DNA of 64,000 nt from Eubacteriales bacterium. Lineage in GTDB: Bacteria > Bacillota > Clostridia > Oscillospirales > CAG-272. Below are positions 17,006 to 28,300 of this stretch, in pieces; position 1 is the stretch's first letter; every line of letters starts with the position of its first letter. A model generated the notes under the pieces. That model was not told the DNA's origin. It saw nothing but the letters and a program-made list of their open reading frames with translations, and searched no databases. Made by a program: the position numbers and the translations under genes. The stretch covers positions 374 to 64,373 of the forward strand of contig JAZRIQ010000039.1 in assembly GCA_045645405.1 (NCBI GenBank), given 5' to 3'.

Positions 17006-18985
17006 TTATTTTCTTTTTCTTGATTTGTTTTTTGCGGGGGCGTGTTTATTATTCGCGCTTTTTTGGGGTTTTGTTGATTTTTTAAAATTTTCACGTTCCT
17101 TGACGTTTTTTGCTGATTTTGGGCTTGATTTTTGATTTTGCCCTTTTTTATTCTGTGATTTTTGAGCTTTAACGTAGTCGCTGTTTGCTCTTAAATCCGG
17201 CTTCACAAGGCAATCGGCGTCAAAACCGATAAGCTCCTCTCTGCCCGCTAATTTCAAGGCTTCTCTTACTAAATTTCTGTTTTCGGGCTTGCCGTACTGT
17301 AAGAGTGCCCGTTGCATTTGCTTTTCTCTGTATTCTGTTGGGCAATACACCTTTTTCATATCAAGGGGATTTATGCCCGTATAGTACATAACCGTTGAGG
17401 CAGTTCCCGGTGTGGGATAAAAGTCCTGCACCTGCTCGGGATTACAGCCCATTTTTTTAAGATACAAAGCAAGCTCTACGGCGTCATTTATCGTGCTTCC
17501 CGGGTGGGAGGACATAAGGTAGGGGACTAAATACTGCTCCTTGCCGAATTGACTGCAAAGCTGAAAATATTTATCGTAAAACCTGTTGTACGTTGAAATA
17601 TCGGGCTTGCCCATATATTTAAGCACGTTTGAGGAGCAATGCTCGGGTGCCACCTTTAGCTGACCGCTTACGTGTTCGGCTACCAGCTTTTTAAAGAATG
17701 CGTCGCTTTTATCGGCAAGCATGTAGTCAAAGCGTATTCCGGAGCGGATAAATACCTTTTTTACCCGAGGGAGTGTTTGTATTTTGCTTAAAAGCTCTAT
17801 GTATTCCGTATGGTCGGCTATCAGGTTTTTGCAAGGGGTAGGCACAAGGCATTTGCGGTTAGCGCACACGCCGTCCTTTAGCTGTTTTTCACAGGCGGGA
17901 TACCTGAAATTTGCAGTAGGACCGCCTACGTCATGAATATATCCCTTGAAATCCGACATTTCTGTGATGATTTTTGCTTCCCTTAATACGGAATCAATGC
18001 TTCTCGAACGAACGCTGCGTCCTTGATGAAATGCAAGAGCGCAGAAATTACAGCCGCCAAAGCAGCCTCTATTATGGGTAATTGAAAATTTGACCTCGTT
18101 AATGGCAGGCACGCCGCCGTCCTTTTCGTACACAGGGTGATAGTTTCTTGCATAAGGTAAGGAATATACCTTGTCAAGCTCCTCGCGTTCAAGGGGAAAG
18201 GCAGGGGGATTTTGCACCAGCTTTTTATTGTCATAGTATTCTACGATGGCTTTGCCGTAGATTGCGTCTTGATTTTTGTATTGAATGCCAAAGGCTCTTG
18301 CATATTCTTCCTTGCTTTCCTTGATTACGTTGAAATCAAATTCAGAGGCAACAGGGAAGGAGATTTCATCCTCTCGCTTGCAAAGATAGACACATCCTCG
18401 CTCCGAACGGATTTTTTTAATGGGAACTCCCTTGTCAAGGAGCTTTGCCAGACGCAATATTATGCTCTCGCCCATACCGTAGGTTAAAATGTCCGCGCGA
18501 GAGTCAACTAAAATTGAACGGCGGATTTTGTTATCCCAATAGTCATAGTGGGCAAAGCGACGGAGCGATGCTTCAAGACCGCCAATAATAATGGGAACGT
18601 CACCGTAAGCCTCGCGTATTCTGTTGCAATAAACTATTACGGCTCTGTCGGGACGGTAGCCCATTTTTCCGCCGGGAGAATAGTAATCGTAGGAGCGTTT
18701 TTTCTTGGACACCGTGTAGTGGGCAACCATGGAGTCGATATTGCCCGAGCTTACAAGAAATCCAAGCCGCGGCTTGCCAAAGCGCTTGAAATCCTCGCAG
18801 GATTTATAATCGGGCTGGGCTAAAACAGCAACTCGAAAGCCGTTTGCTTCAAGCACTCTTGTGATAATGGCAGTGCCGAAGGACGGATGGTCAACGTAGG
18901 CATCGCCCGATACGTAAACGAAATCCGGCTCACTCCAGCCAAGCTCGGCGCACTCCTTTTGGGATATTGGTAAAAAATTGCTCAT
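17006..18985 (-). CDS. ygiQ: YgiQ-family (UPF0313) radical SAM protein with a Lys-rich C-terminal tail
   Basis: 659-aa ORF. The N-terminal [27 protein letters not shown] matches the YgiQ N-domain. CFGGCNFC radical-SAM motif. Confidence 0.85.
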   Translation of the reverse strand: MSNFLPISQKECAELGWSEPDFVYVSGDAYVDHPSFGTAIITRVLEANGFRVAVLAQPDYKSCEDFKRFGKPRLGFLVSSGNIDSMVAHYTVSKKKRSYDYYSPGGKMGYRPDRAVIVYCNRIREAYGDVPIIIGGLEASLRRFAHYDYWDNKIRRSILVDSRADILTYGMGESIILRLAKLLDKGVPIKKIRSERGCVYLCKREDEISFPVASEFDFNVIKESKEEYARAFGIQYKNQDAIYGKAIVEYYDNKKLVQNPPAFPLEREELDKVYSLPYARNYHPVYEKDGGVPAINEVKFSITHNRGCFGGCNFCALAFHQGRSVRSRSIDSVLREAKIITEMSDFKGYIHDVGGPTANFRYPACEKQLKDGVCANRKCLVPTPCKNLIADHTEYIELLSKIQTLPRVKKVFIRSGIRFDYMLADKSDAFFKKLVAEHVSGQLKVAPEHCSSNVLKYMGKPDISTYNRFYDKYFQLCSQFGKEQYLVPYLMSSHPGSTINDAVELALYLKKMGCNPEQVQDFYPTPGTASTVMYYTGINPLDMKKVYCPTEYREKQMQRALLQYGKPENRNLVREALKLAGREELIGFDADCLVKPDLRANSDYVKAQKSQNKKGQNQKSSPKSAKNVKERENFKKSTKPQKSANNKHAPAKNKSRKRK

Positions 18986-18996
18986 AAATCTTTTAA

Positions 18997-19293
18997 TTAT
19001 TCTTCTTCGTCAAGGCTGTTATAGTACACCTCGAAAACGGATTGAGCGAGAACCTCGTCGTCGCAGTAGCTAAGCTCGTCCTTTTCCTCGTCGATTAAGA
19101 AAACAAGAGCCTCATCCTCTTCAACACCGTCCATTTTTGTTACGGGGTGGAGAATTACGTAGTATTTTTCCTCGTAGTCGACCACAGCAATCTGCTCAAA
19201 CTCTATTTCTTTACCGTCGTTGTCCTCAAGCTTAACGTTTTCAAAATTTTCCTCGTCAAAAAATCTGTCGATATATCTTTCGTACTTTTTCAT
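18997..19293 (-). CDS. DUF1292 domain protein
   Basis: 98-aa acidic ORF with the pattern [30 protein letters not shown], typical of DUF1292. Confidence 0.7.
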   Translation of the reverse strand: MKKYERYIDRFFDEENFENVKLEDNDGKEIEFEQIAVVDYEEKYYVILHPVTKMDGVEEDEALVFLIDEEKDELSYCDDEVLAQSVFEVYYNSLDEEE

Positions 19294-19328
19294 TTGATTT
19301 TTCCTTTACGTTTTTCGTGGGTTTTATA

Positions 19329-20660
19329 CTATTCTGTCATATTATTTGCAAGAGTAGAAAATTTATAATACTGACCAAGCCAGCTCATTTGTACCGTACC
19401 GGAGCTTCCGTGACGGTTTTTAGCCAGCGTTACGTCAACCAAATTTGCCTTTTCGGGGTCGTTGCCGTAGTAGTCACGGGATAGGAAAATTACCATATCC
19501 GCGTCCTGCTCGATAGAACCCGAATCACGAAGGTCGGAAAGCATTGGCTTTCTTTCCTTTTCTTTTTCGGTGCTACGGGAGAGCTGTGAGCAAACGATAA
19601 CGGGAACGCCCAAATCCTTTGCAAGAAGCTTAAGACCTCTTGATATGTCGCCGATTTCGTTTACACGGCTTCCGTCCTTACGCTTGGTTTCGGATTCCAT
19701 AAGCTGTAAGTAGTCAACTACCACAAGACCGAGGTTTTTAACGCGACGGAGCTTTGCCTTCATAGCGGTAAGTCCGATATTTGAGGTGTCGTCAATATAT
19801 ATGTCGGTTTCTGAAAGAATTGAGCTTGCGGTTGCGATTTTTTCCCAATCGGACGTATCAAGCTGACCGTTTCTTAATTTTTCGGAAAGCACCATAGACT
19901 CACTTGAAATAACACGGGAAACAAGCTCCTCACTTGCCATTTCCAAGGAGAATATGCAAACGGCTTTCTTTGTTTTCTTTGCTATATTCGTTGCGATGTT
20001 TAAACAAAATGAGGTTTTACCAACACCCGGACGGGCTCCTACAATTATAAGGTTACCCTTGCCGAAGCCGCCTACGTATCTGTCAAGATCCGAGAAGCCT
20101 GTATCAATGCCCAAATCCTCGCCCTTGCCCTCTTGAAGCTCGCTTAAACGAGTATAGGTTTGCATAATAACGTCTTTAATATGAACGAAATCGCGTCTTA
20201 TATTTTTGTCTGCAATATCGAAAATTCTCTGTTCTGCAAGGTCAACGATTTTTGAAACGTCCTCGCCCTCTGAGTAGGCGTCCTTTTGAATTTCCTCCGT
20301 TGCCAAAATAAGACGGCGAAGAGTTGATTTATCACGAACGATTTCTGCATAGTCCTTTGCGTTTGCGCTGCCGGGTACTACGTCAACAAGAAGCTTGATG
20401 TATGAACGGGCTGCCGCCTCGTCCTCGTAAATCTGATTTGAAACCAGGGCGTTAATCAAGGTGACTATATCAATCTCCTTGCTTTGCAGATTGAATTTTT
20501 GCATAAGATTGTAAATTTCAGCGTGATTTTCAAGATAAAAATCATCTGCTCTTATGATTTGAGATACGTCGTCCAGACAAGCGGGTTCAATCAAGATAGA
20601 GCCGAGAACGGACTGCTCGGCATCTAACGAGTGGGGAAGCTTTCTGTTTAGCAAATCCAT
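19329..20660 (-). CDS. dnaB: Replicative DNA helicase
   Basis: 443-aa ORF. Walker A GARPGVGKTSF, PHSLDAEQSVLGS N-terminus and Walker B VVVDYLQLM. Its start overlaps the rplI stop (TAATG). Confidence 0.93.
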   Translation of the reverse strand: MDLLNRKLPHSLDAEQSVLGSILIEPACLDDVSQIIRADDFYLENHAEIYNLMQKFNLQSKEIDIVTLINALVSNQIYEDEAAARSYIKLLVDVVPGSANAKDYAEIVRDKSTLRRLILATEEIQKDAYSEGEDVSKIVDLAEQRIFDIADKNIRRDFVHIKDVIMQTYTRLSELQEGKGEDLGIDTGFSDLDRYVGGFGKGNLIIVGARPGVGKTSFCLNIATNIAKKTKKAVCIFSLEMASEELVSRVISSESMVLSEKLRNGQLDTSDWEKIATASSILSETDIYIDDTSNIGLTAMKAKLRRVKNLGLVVVDYLQLMESETKRKDGSRVNEIGDISRGLKLLAKDLGVPVIVCSQLSRSTEKEKERKPMLSDLRDSGSIEQDADMVIFLSRDYYGNDPEKANLVDVTLAKNRHGSSGTVQMSWLGQYYKFSTLANNMTE

Positions 20661-21106
20661 TATTTTTCCACCACCATTACAGCTAATTTGCCTGAAATGC
20701 CTTGGTAAAGCTTAACGTCGATTCTGTAAGTGCCGAAGGCTTTAATAGGTGCGTCAAGCTCGAATTTTCTTTTGTCAATTTCAATGCCGAACTGTGCTTT
20801 TAATGCTTCGGCAATATCCTTTGAGGTAACTGCACCGTAAAATCTGCCGTCGTTTCCTGCTTCTGCTACGATTTTTACCGTTGCTTCGCCAAGCTTGTTC
20901 GCAAGGTCTCTTGCAGCCTGTTGCTCAAGCGCGATTTTATGCTTTTCAGACTCCTTTCTGTTTTTAGCGTCATTTACCGCTTTTGCATCGGCAGGAATCG
21001 CCAGCTTCTGTGGAAACAGGAAGTTTCTTGCGTAGCCCTCCGATACGTTTATAATTTGGTCTTTTTTTCCTTGTGATTTTACGTCTTGTAATAAAAGTAC
21101 CTTCAT
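20660..21106 (-). CDS. rplI: 50S ribosomal protein L9
   Basis: 148-aa ORF beginning [36 protein letters not shown]. Confidence 0.93.
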   Translation of the reverse strand: MKVLLLQDVKSQGKKDQIINVSEGYARNFLFPQKLAIPADAKAVNDAKNRKESEKHKIALEQQAARDLANKLGEATVKIVAEAGNDGRFYGAVTSKDIAEALKAQFGIEIDKRKFELDAPIKAFGTYRIDVKLYQGISGKLAVMVVEK

Positions 21107-21107
21107 T

Positions 21108-23099
21108 TTATTCCTCCGGATTTATATATTTGTCAATAGCCTGCTTTAATCTTAAGAGAACGGCGTTTATGTTATCTTCTTTAACCTGTGCGCCTGCGGC
21201 ATCGTATCTTCCGCCGCCGTGAAGCTCCTCTAAAATCAACTGAACGTTGATGCTTCCGTTTGAACGGGCGGAAATATGAACCGTATTGCCGACGGTAACC
21301 AGGGTAAAGGAAGCTGCAACTCCGTCAATCATAAGAAGATTATCAGCAACGCGCGCCGCCAAAATTCTGTCGGATTGCTCGCTTCCGTTGGGATTTAAGG
21401 CTATTGCCATACAGTTTCTGTAAATTTCAATTATTTCACCAAAGTGAGATTCCTGCTTATATTCGCGCAGACTTGTTTTGAATAAGGCTTGAATGTCCTC
21501 ATAAGAGGCACCGTGGTCACGTAGATACATAGCCGCGCCGTAGGTTTTAGTACCCGTACCCTTGGTAAACTGCTTGGTATCGAGAGAGATACCTGCAAGG
21601 AGCATATTTGCTTCGTTTCTTTGTAGGGTTTCGGCAGGAAGTACCTGCTCAAGCATTTCGGAAACAAGCTCACTTGCGCTTGAAGCAGAGGTTTCGATAT
21701 ACGGTATAAGCGGCTCGTTTTCAAACTCCGCCGTTTTTCTGTGGTGGTCAATGATTACAATGTTTTTTACGTTTTTGGCAATGTCGGCGTTTTCAAACAT
21801 ATCAATGTTGTTTACGTCAACCACTATAAGCAGCGTGTCGTTACGCACTAAGTCAATGCCGTCAGAGCTGTCTATAAAAACGCCCTTATATTCTGCGTCA
21901 TTCTTGAAAAAGTGCATACACTTAACGATATTTGTGTCCTTAAGATTGGTAATTACGTTAAATTTTGCACCGCAGAATTTACAAAGACGTGCAATACCTA
22001 TTGACGCACCGAAGGCGTCAAAGTCAGGAAACTTGTGCGCCATAATGATAACGTTTGAGGCGGTTGCAATATGGTTGATAAGCTCATTTGCTACAACTCT
22101 TGCCATAACCTTTGTACGCTTTGCCGTTGCATTCGTACGTCCGCCAAAAAATTCCACGTCGTTGTCGATTTTAACAACTACCTGGTCACCGCCGCGCTGA
22201 AGCGCCATTTCAAGACACGCGTGGGCAGCTTTTTCTCTTTCTGCAAGAGTACCCTCTATTTTTGCAACGCCTACGGAAATAGTAACGGGAATATTACCTG
22301 CACCGATTCTTATATCACGAACCTTGTCAAGAATTTCAAATTTGTCATTTTTGAATTTTTCAAGGTCCTCGCTGTTGAAAATAAAGATATACTTATCTCT
22401 TTCGTATTCCTTGAGAATTCCGCCTACGCTCTGCGCCCATTCGCGAACCAATTCCTCGATTTTGGTGGCGGCAACCTTATATTTTTCCTGCTCGAACTGC
22501 AAAAGCTCGTCAAGGTTATCTACTATGATATATGCAACTACCTTGTTGTTATCCTCAATGAATTTTTCAAGAGCGGTTTGGTGAGTTATATCTCTTAATA
22601 CTATGAGGTAATACAGCTTATCTCCGCTTTTTATTTTCGTTCTTTCCACGGCATAGTTTCTTTCGTTAAAAACGGTTTTCTCCGGAGCCTCCTCATCAGT
22701 TAAGGATGAGGGAAAGAAATTTGATACGTAAGAGCCGAGAATAGGCGATTTCTGACCTGCGCCCAATTGGGTAAAGCTGTTATACCACAGGAATTTGCCG
22801 TGCATATCGCAGATAAAGGCAGGCTCGTTAAGAGCATTGATTTTATCATACATTATCGAGCCTAATACAGGACCGCGAGGACCGTCGATTTTACGCTTGT
22901 TGTACGCAACGTTTACAATTACGACGCTCATTACCAAAAGGAAAATAAGCACACCGGAGCATAGAATCGTAATATAAAGATAGCTTTCGGGCATCATAGA
23001 AATAGCGTATCCCGCGCCAAATAACGAAGCTAACGCGAAAAATGACGCTAAAAGATACAGTATTGTCGTTCTGCCCCTGTTGCTTTTATTATTATACAT
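21108..23099 (-). CDS. gdpP: GdpP-like c-di-AMP phosphodiesterase (2 TM, PAS-like, degenerate GGDEF, DHH/DHHA1)
   Basis: 663-aa ORF with two N-terminal TM helices, the DHH motif IIDHHRK and a DHHA1 GGGH-like [12 protein letters not shown]. The gdpP-rplI-dnaB order is the same as in Bacillus. Confidence 0.85.
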   Translation of the reverse strand: MYNNKSNRGRTTILYLLASFFALASLFGAGYAISMMPESYLYITILCSGVLIFLLVMSVVIVNVAYNKRKIDGPRGPVLGSIMYDKINALNEPAFICDMHGKFLWYNSFTQLGAGQKSPILGSYVSNFFPSSLTDEEAPEKTVFNERNYAVERTKIKSGDKLYYLIVLRDITHQTALEKFIEDNNKVVAYIIVDNLDELLQFEQEKYKVAATKIEELVREWAQSVGGILKEYERDKYIFIFNSEDLEKFKNDKFEILDKVRDIRIGAGNIPVTISVGVAKIEGTLAEREKAAHACLEMALQRGGDQVVVKIDNDVEFFGGRTNATAKRTKVMARVVANELINHIATASNVIIMAHKFPDFDAFGASIGIARLCKFCGAKFNVITNLKDTNIVKCMHFFKNDAEYKGVFIDSSDGIDLVRNDTLLIVVDVNNIDMFENADIAKNVKNIVIIDHHRKTAEFENEPLIPYIETSASSASELVSEMLEQVLPAETLQRNEANMLLAGISLDTKQFTKGTGTKTYGAAMYLRDHGASYEDIQALFKTSLREYKQESHFGEIIEIYRNCMAIALNPNGSEQSDRILAARVADNLLMIDGVAASFTLVTVGNTVHISARSNGSINVQLILEELHGGGRYDAAGAQVKEDNINAVLLRLKQAIDKYINPEE

Positions 23100-23194
23100 A
23101 AGGCTTTCTCCTTATTAAATATTAGATATTTTACTTGTACATAATAGTATAGCAGAAAAAATATGAAAAGTAAAGCATTTTATTATAAATGTGC

Positions 23195-23223
23195 TTGAAA
23201 GTTGAAGGAGTTTGTGGTAAAAT
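23195..23223 (+). promoter_or_regulatory. sigma-70 promoter of the glmU-like gene
   Basis: TTGAAA (23195-23200), 17 nt ending in TGG, then TAAAAT (23218-23223). Leaves a leader of about 100 nt. Confidence 0.55.
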
Positions 23224-23328
23224 CGTCAATAGAATGGGAAGCCGACCAAAGCCGGATTTTGCAAAGAGATAGGATATGATGTATGCTTCCCGAGGATAAG
23301 GCATAAGAAACGACGATAGGAGCAAGGA

Positions 23329-24489
23329 ATGAGAAAGCTATTTATTACCGTATGCGAGCTTGATGAAATTTCATATTTACCGAGCGGAGTGGAAACCGAG
23401 CTTTTCGGTGCGCCGCTTTATGAGCATGCTTACAGAAAAATCAAGGACGCATCAAACAAGATTGATTTGGACGTGGAGTTTGTTCGCGCCGCTACGTTTC
23501 CCGTAAGAGGAGCGACCAACGAGTTAAATCCTGATCTTGACGATATTGTTGCCGTAGTTTCGCCTTTTGTGTTTTTGGCGCACGCAAGGTGTATTGAGGA
23601 CGCCTTGAATTTTGTTGCCAACAACGATTTTTCTTACGCAACTATTGGTAATATGAGGGGGCTTTTTGCTGTAATCGGACTTGGAGAAATGCTTATGGGA
23701 GCGTCAATAGGCTCTTGCGGTGATTTTATACACCATATAAGCGAAAGCGGAGCGGTTTACAAGCACGTTGACCTGGCAGACGGAGAAAAAGCCGTACCTG
23801 TGTCCAGAATTGACTATTTTAAAAAGCTTGACGGTTACAGAAACGAGTTTTTTGACTATCTTGTTATGAGCGGCGTTGATATTGAGTGCAGAGACGGAAT
23901 CGTAATAGCACCCAATACGGAAATTCGCAGAGGAACAAGAGTTTTGCCAAACACAACAATCGGCAAGTGGACTATAATTCAAGAAAATTGCTCTATCGGT
24001 CCTTGCGCAAGCATAATTGAGAGTAAGATACACGAAAACTGTATCATAGGAAGCAGTAACGTTTGTTCCTCGGACGTTGAAAAGAATGCTTACGTTGGAC
24101 ATTATTGCAACGTTTGCGATGAAAGCCGCGTTTTATCCGGGGCAAGGCTCTGCGGTTATGACAGTATTTCTCACACCGTGATTGGACTTGATAGCGTAAT
24201 TCAGCCACAGGTAACGCTGAAGGATGCGGAGGTTGGCGCCAGAGTTAACGTGGGCAGTAACGTAACTACTGTTAATCATATTGATACAGAGGTGCGAAAA
24301 TGCAAAATCGGTGACGACGTTATTGTGGGAAGCGGCTCTTGTCTTGTTTCTCCTCTCAACGTGGGCGCAGGTGCAAGAATTGCGGCAGGCTCTGTAATTA
24401 CGGACGACGTGCCGATAAACGCCCTGGCTATTGCAAGAGAATTTCAGGAAAACAAAGAGGGATGGGCGAAAAAACGCAAGCGCTTTTAA
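23329..24489 (+). CDS. GlmU-like left-handed beta-helix acetyltransferase with a degenerate N-terminal nucleotidyltransferase domain
   Basis: 386-aa ORF. The C-terminal AAGSVITDDVPINALAIAREFQENKEGW is close to the GlmU C-terminus and hexapeptide repeats are present. The N-terminus lacks the LAAGxGTRM motif. It occupies the glmU slot upstream of pth-mfd. Confidence 0.65.
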   Translation: MRKLFITVCELDEISYLPSGVETELFGAPLYEHAYRKIKDASNKIDLDVEFVRAATFPVRGATNELNPDLDDIVAVVSPFVFLAHARCIEDALNFVANNDFSYATIGNMRGLFAVIGLGEMLMGASIGSCGDFIHHISESGAVYKHVDLADGEKAVPVSRIDYFKKLDGYRNEFFDYLVMSGVDIECRDGIVIAPNTEIRRGTRVLPNTTIGKWTIIQENCSIGPCASIIESKIHENCIIGSSNVCSSDVEKNAYVGHYCNVCDESRVLSGARLCGYDSISHTVIGLDSVIQPQVTLKDAEVGARVNVGSNVTTVNHIDTEVRKCKIGDDVIVGSGSCLVSPLNVGAGARIAAGSVITDDVPINALAIAREFQENKEGWAKKRKRF

Positions 24490-24559
24490 TTGACTTAATT
24501 TGATTTAGGCTTCGGATGAATTATCAGAGTTAAATTTTATTGTCAGTTTAGGAGAAAAA

Positions 24560-25195
24560 ATGTCTAATATATTTGATTTGTTTAAGAAGATAGAGAAAAA
24601 AGAGGAGTCCTCTCCCACAACTCATTTGATTGTAGGTCTTGGGAATCCGGGAAATGAATATACTTTTACAAGGCACAATGCAGGCTTCTTGGCAATTGAC
24701 CATATATGCTTAAAGCACGGAGGAGAATGCCAAAGAGCTAAATTTAAGGCTCTTATCGGAGAATGGCGTATCGGTGACAAAAGAGTTCTTCTTATGAAGC
24801 CGCAGACGTTTATGAATAAGTCCGGAGAGGCTATTATTGAGGCTGTGAACTTCTATAAAATCCCCCCTGAAAACGTTATTGTCTTAAGCGACGATATTAC
24901 TCTTGATATTGGCAGAATGAGAATTCGCAAGGGCGGAAGTGCCGGTGGACATAACGGCTTAAAGAGCGTTATTGAACATCTGGGAACAGATAAGTTTCCT
25001 CGCATTAAAATAGGTGCGGGACAAAAGCCTAACGATTATCCGATGGTTGAGTGGGTGCTTTCAAAATTCCCCAAAAACGAGGAGCAATACCTGCAAAGGA
25101 TTATTGAGTGCGTGCCGAGGGCTCTTGAGCTTATGATAAGCGGCAAAGAGGACGAGGCTATGTGCGAGTTTAACGGTAAAAATTGCCGTCAGTAG
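24560..25195 (+). CDS. pth: Peptidyl-tRNA hydrolase
   Basis: 211-aa ORF with LIVGLGNPGNEYTFTRHNAGF and GGHNGLKS motifs, plus a 21-aa N-terminal extension. Confidence 0.92.
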   Translation: MSNIFDLFKKIEKKEESSPTTHLIVGLGNPGNEYTFTRHNAGFLAIDHICLKHGGECQRAKFKALIGEWRIGDKRVLLMKPQTFMNKSGEAIIEAVNFYKIPPENVIVLSDDITLDIGRMRIRKGGSAGGHNGLKSVIEHLGTDKFPRIKIGAGQKPNDYPMVEWVLSKFPKNEEQYLQRIIECVPRALELMISGKEDEAMCEFNGKNCRQ

Positions 25196-25335
25196 ATAGT
25201 TGTCGGCGGAAACTTTCTCCGTCGTCAAGTCTTATTAAGCAAAAAAATAACAAATCCAAGTCCGAGAAATCGGGCTTATTGGCGTTTGGAATAAATTCAT
25301 TACTACGTTGTGTCACAACGCAGAAGGGAGGGAAT

Positions 25336-28300
25336 ATGAATAAAGAAATATTACAGGGAATAAGACATTCGTCGGTGTATGAACGAATGATTGAAAGATT
25401 TAGGGAGCTGTATAACGCAGAAAAAAAGCTACCTCTTTTAGTTGATGGGGTGAGCGAGGGAGCTTTATACTCTCTTTTGTATTCGTTAAGAGAGGACGTT
25501 TCCAAAGTGAGCGATGCACCTGTTTTGGTGGTTGTGGGAGAAGAGAGAAAAGCCAACAAGCTTAATGAGTTTTTCAAAGGCGCAGGGGTAAAGAGCGAGT
25601 TTTATCCGGTAAGAGATTTTAATTTTTACGATATGACAGCCTCTCACGAGCTTGAATATGAAAGGCTGAGAGTGCTTTCGGGAGTGCTTTTTAATACCGT
25701 TGACCTGGTTATTTCTACGCCTGATGCATTACTTCAGCTCACTATGCCGAGGGAGTGCTTAAGAGAGCATACGTTAGAGGTAAAAACAGACACGTGTCTT
25801 GATATTTTGGAGCTTATAAAGACACTTCACAAAATGGGATATGCGGCAACGACGCTGGTGGAAAGTCCGGGACAGTTTAGCGTTAGAGGCGGAATTATTG
25901 ACATTTTTCCCACCAACTGCGATTTTAAGGTGAACGGAGAGCGCAAAAAGGAGGCCAGCCCCGTAAGAATCGAGCTTTTCGGTGACGAAATTGACAGATT
26001 GGCTGTTTTTGACGTAATGAGCCAGAGAATGACGGAGAAAATTGACAGCTTCGTAATTACGCCCTCAAAGGAAATTATTGCAAGCGAGGAAAAGCTTGAT
26101 TCTGTAAGAGAGGAGCTTTGTCAGCTTCTTAGCTTTGCCGAAAACGAAAATTCCATCGCTGAGCTGAAAAAGGAGATAGGCTCTATTGACTCGAAAGCAA
26201 GCCTTGCGTTTCTTGACAGATTTATTTCCTTGGTTTATCCTCAAAAGGAGTGCTTGCTTGATTATTTCTCTGATAACAGCTGCGTAATCGTATGCGATAC
26301 GCCGTCCGTTGCAAGAAAGGCAAAGGAGGCGCAGGAGGTATCAAACGAGCTTGTTAAATCCTTGATTGAAAACAACCTGGTTCCCTCAAAATATTCGGAT
26401 TACAGCGCACCTGTGTCTAAAATTGACGCTTTTTGCGAAAATCACTACTGTATAAACATTGATGATTTTTTAATGTCAAGAAGCAGCAAGCAGGGCGGCA
26501 TATACAATTTTGCAACTAAAGGAATTGCTTTTGTGAGCAACGCGGTTACCGTTGTTTTTGAGGAGCTTGACTATTTTGTGAAAAACAAATACAGAGTAGT
26601 TCTTGTATGTCAAACTTCTACGGAGGCAAAAAGCACGGTTAAGACTCTTAATGAAATGAGCATTCCTGCTTATATGGCGGAAAACAGCACTTACGGTAAT
26701 TTAAAGGCTGGGACTGTTGCGGTGTATTGCGACAGCTATCCCTGCGGATACGAGGTGCCCGCATCTAAATTTGCTCTTGTAGTTATTTCCTCAAAGAGAG
26801 GAGACGTTAAAAAGAAGCTTCAAAGGAGCAAAAGATTTGCCAAAAACGCAGGAGAAAAGATAATGTCCCATAACGATTTGTGCGTTGGCGACTACGTGGT
26901 TCACGCAAGCTACGGAATAGGCCGCTTTATGGGAATTGAAAATATGTGCGTAATGGGCGCATACCGTGATTACGTCGCTATTCAGTATGCGGGAACGGAT
27001 AAATTGTTCTTGCCTGTTGACCAGCTTGATATGGTGGCAAAATATATCGGCTCAAAGTCTGCGGACGGAGAGGTAAGGCTTTCGAAAATGGGGGGAGCGG
27101 AGTGGAAAAAATCTACTCAAAGAGCCAAGAGCGCGGCAAAGGAAATGGCAAAGGAGCTTATAGAATTATATGCTCGACGCACACGTATCGACGGTTTTTC
27201 CTTTGAGCCTGACGGACTTATGGAAAGAGAATTTGATTCCGCATTCGAATATGAGGAAACGGAGTCACAGCTTGAGGCAATAGCTGATATTAAAGCGGAT
27301 ATGGAAAGACCGTATCCAATGGACAGAGTTCTTTGCGGTGACGTGGGATACGGAAAGACGGAGGTTGCCCTCCGTGCGGCTATGAAGGCGGTGGCTAACA
27401 ATAAGCAGGTTGCAATTTTAGTGCCGACCACTATCCTTGCTATGCAGCATTATCAAACTGCTCTTGCAAGATTTGCGGGAACAGGTGTTAATATTGGAAT
27501 GATTTCACGCTTCAGAACGGCAAAGGACCAGGCTCAAACCTTAAGAAGACTAAGACGAGGCGACCTTGATATTATTATCGGCACCCATAAGCTTCTTGGG
27601 GGCAAGGTGGAATTTAAGGATTTGGGACTCCTTATAGTTGACGAGGAGCAACGCTTCGGAGTCGCTCAAAAGGAAAAAATCAAGCAGGCTGTGCCTGACG
27701 TTGACGTGCTTTCTCTGTCAGCTACGCCTATTCCGAGAACGCTCAGCATGGCTATGGGCGGCATTCGTGATATGTCGGTTCTTGACGAAGCGCCCGAGGG
27801 ACGTGTGGGAGTTCAGTCGTACGTTCTTGAATATGACGAAAATATTATAAACGACGCAATTCGCAGAGAGCTGCATAGAGGGGGTCAAGTATTTTATCTT
27901 TACAATAACGTTGACCATCTTTACACCATAGCGTCAAAATTAAAGAGTACCTTCCCCGAGGCTCGCATAGCTGTGGCTCACGGACAGATGGACAGAGAGG
28001 ATATTGAGGAAATCTGGCACGGCCTTGTACAAGGGGACGTTGATATTTTAATCAGCACCACAATAATCGAGACGGGAATTGATATTCCCAATGCAAACAC
28101 TCTCATTATTGAAAACGCCGATAAAATGGGTCTTTCTCAATTGCACCAGATAAGGGGAAGAGTTGGCAGAAGCCACAGAAGAGCTTATGCGTTTTTTACT
28201 TACAGAAAAGGCTTGGGTCTTACGGAGATTGCACAAAAAAGGCTTAGCGCAATTCGTGACTTTGCAGAATTTGGCGCAGGCTTTAAAATTGCTATGCGCG

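Noticed and set aside
21562-22598. ORFs of 212 aa and 175 aa on the plus strand inside gdpP.
   Set aside because: They are antisense to a well-supported conserved gene and have no start context or recognisable motifs.
23100-23328. Divergent strand-switch region between gdpP and the glmU-like gene as a candidate replication origin.
   Set aside because: It is only about 230 bp and contains just a degenerate box-like sequence (tgtggtaaa). It is well explained by two divergent promoters. GC skew on the whole contig is needed before any origin claim.
25183-25335. A 51-codon N-terminal extension of mfd suggested by the ORF track, overlapping pth.
   Set aside because: It is an in-frame open stretch without an RBS. 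The ATG at 25336 has AAGGGAGGG 6 nt upstream, and the protein from there begins like the Mfd N-terminus.
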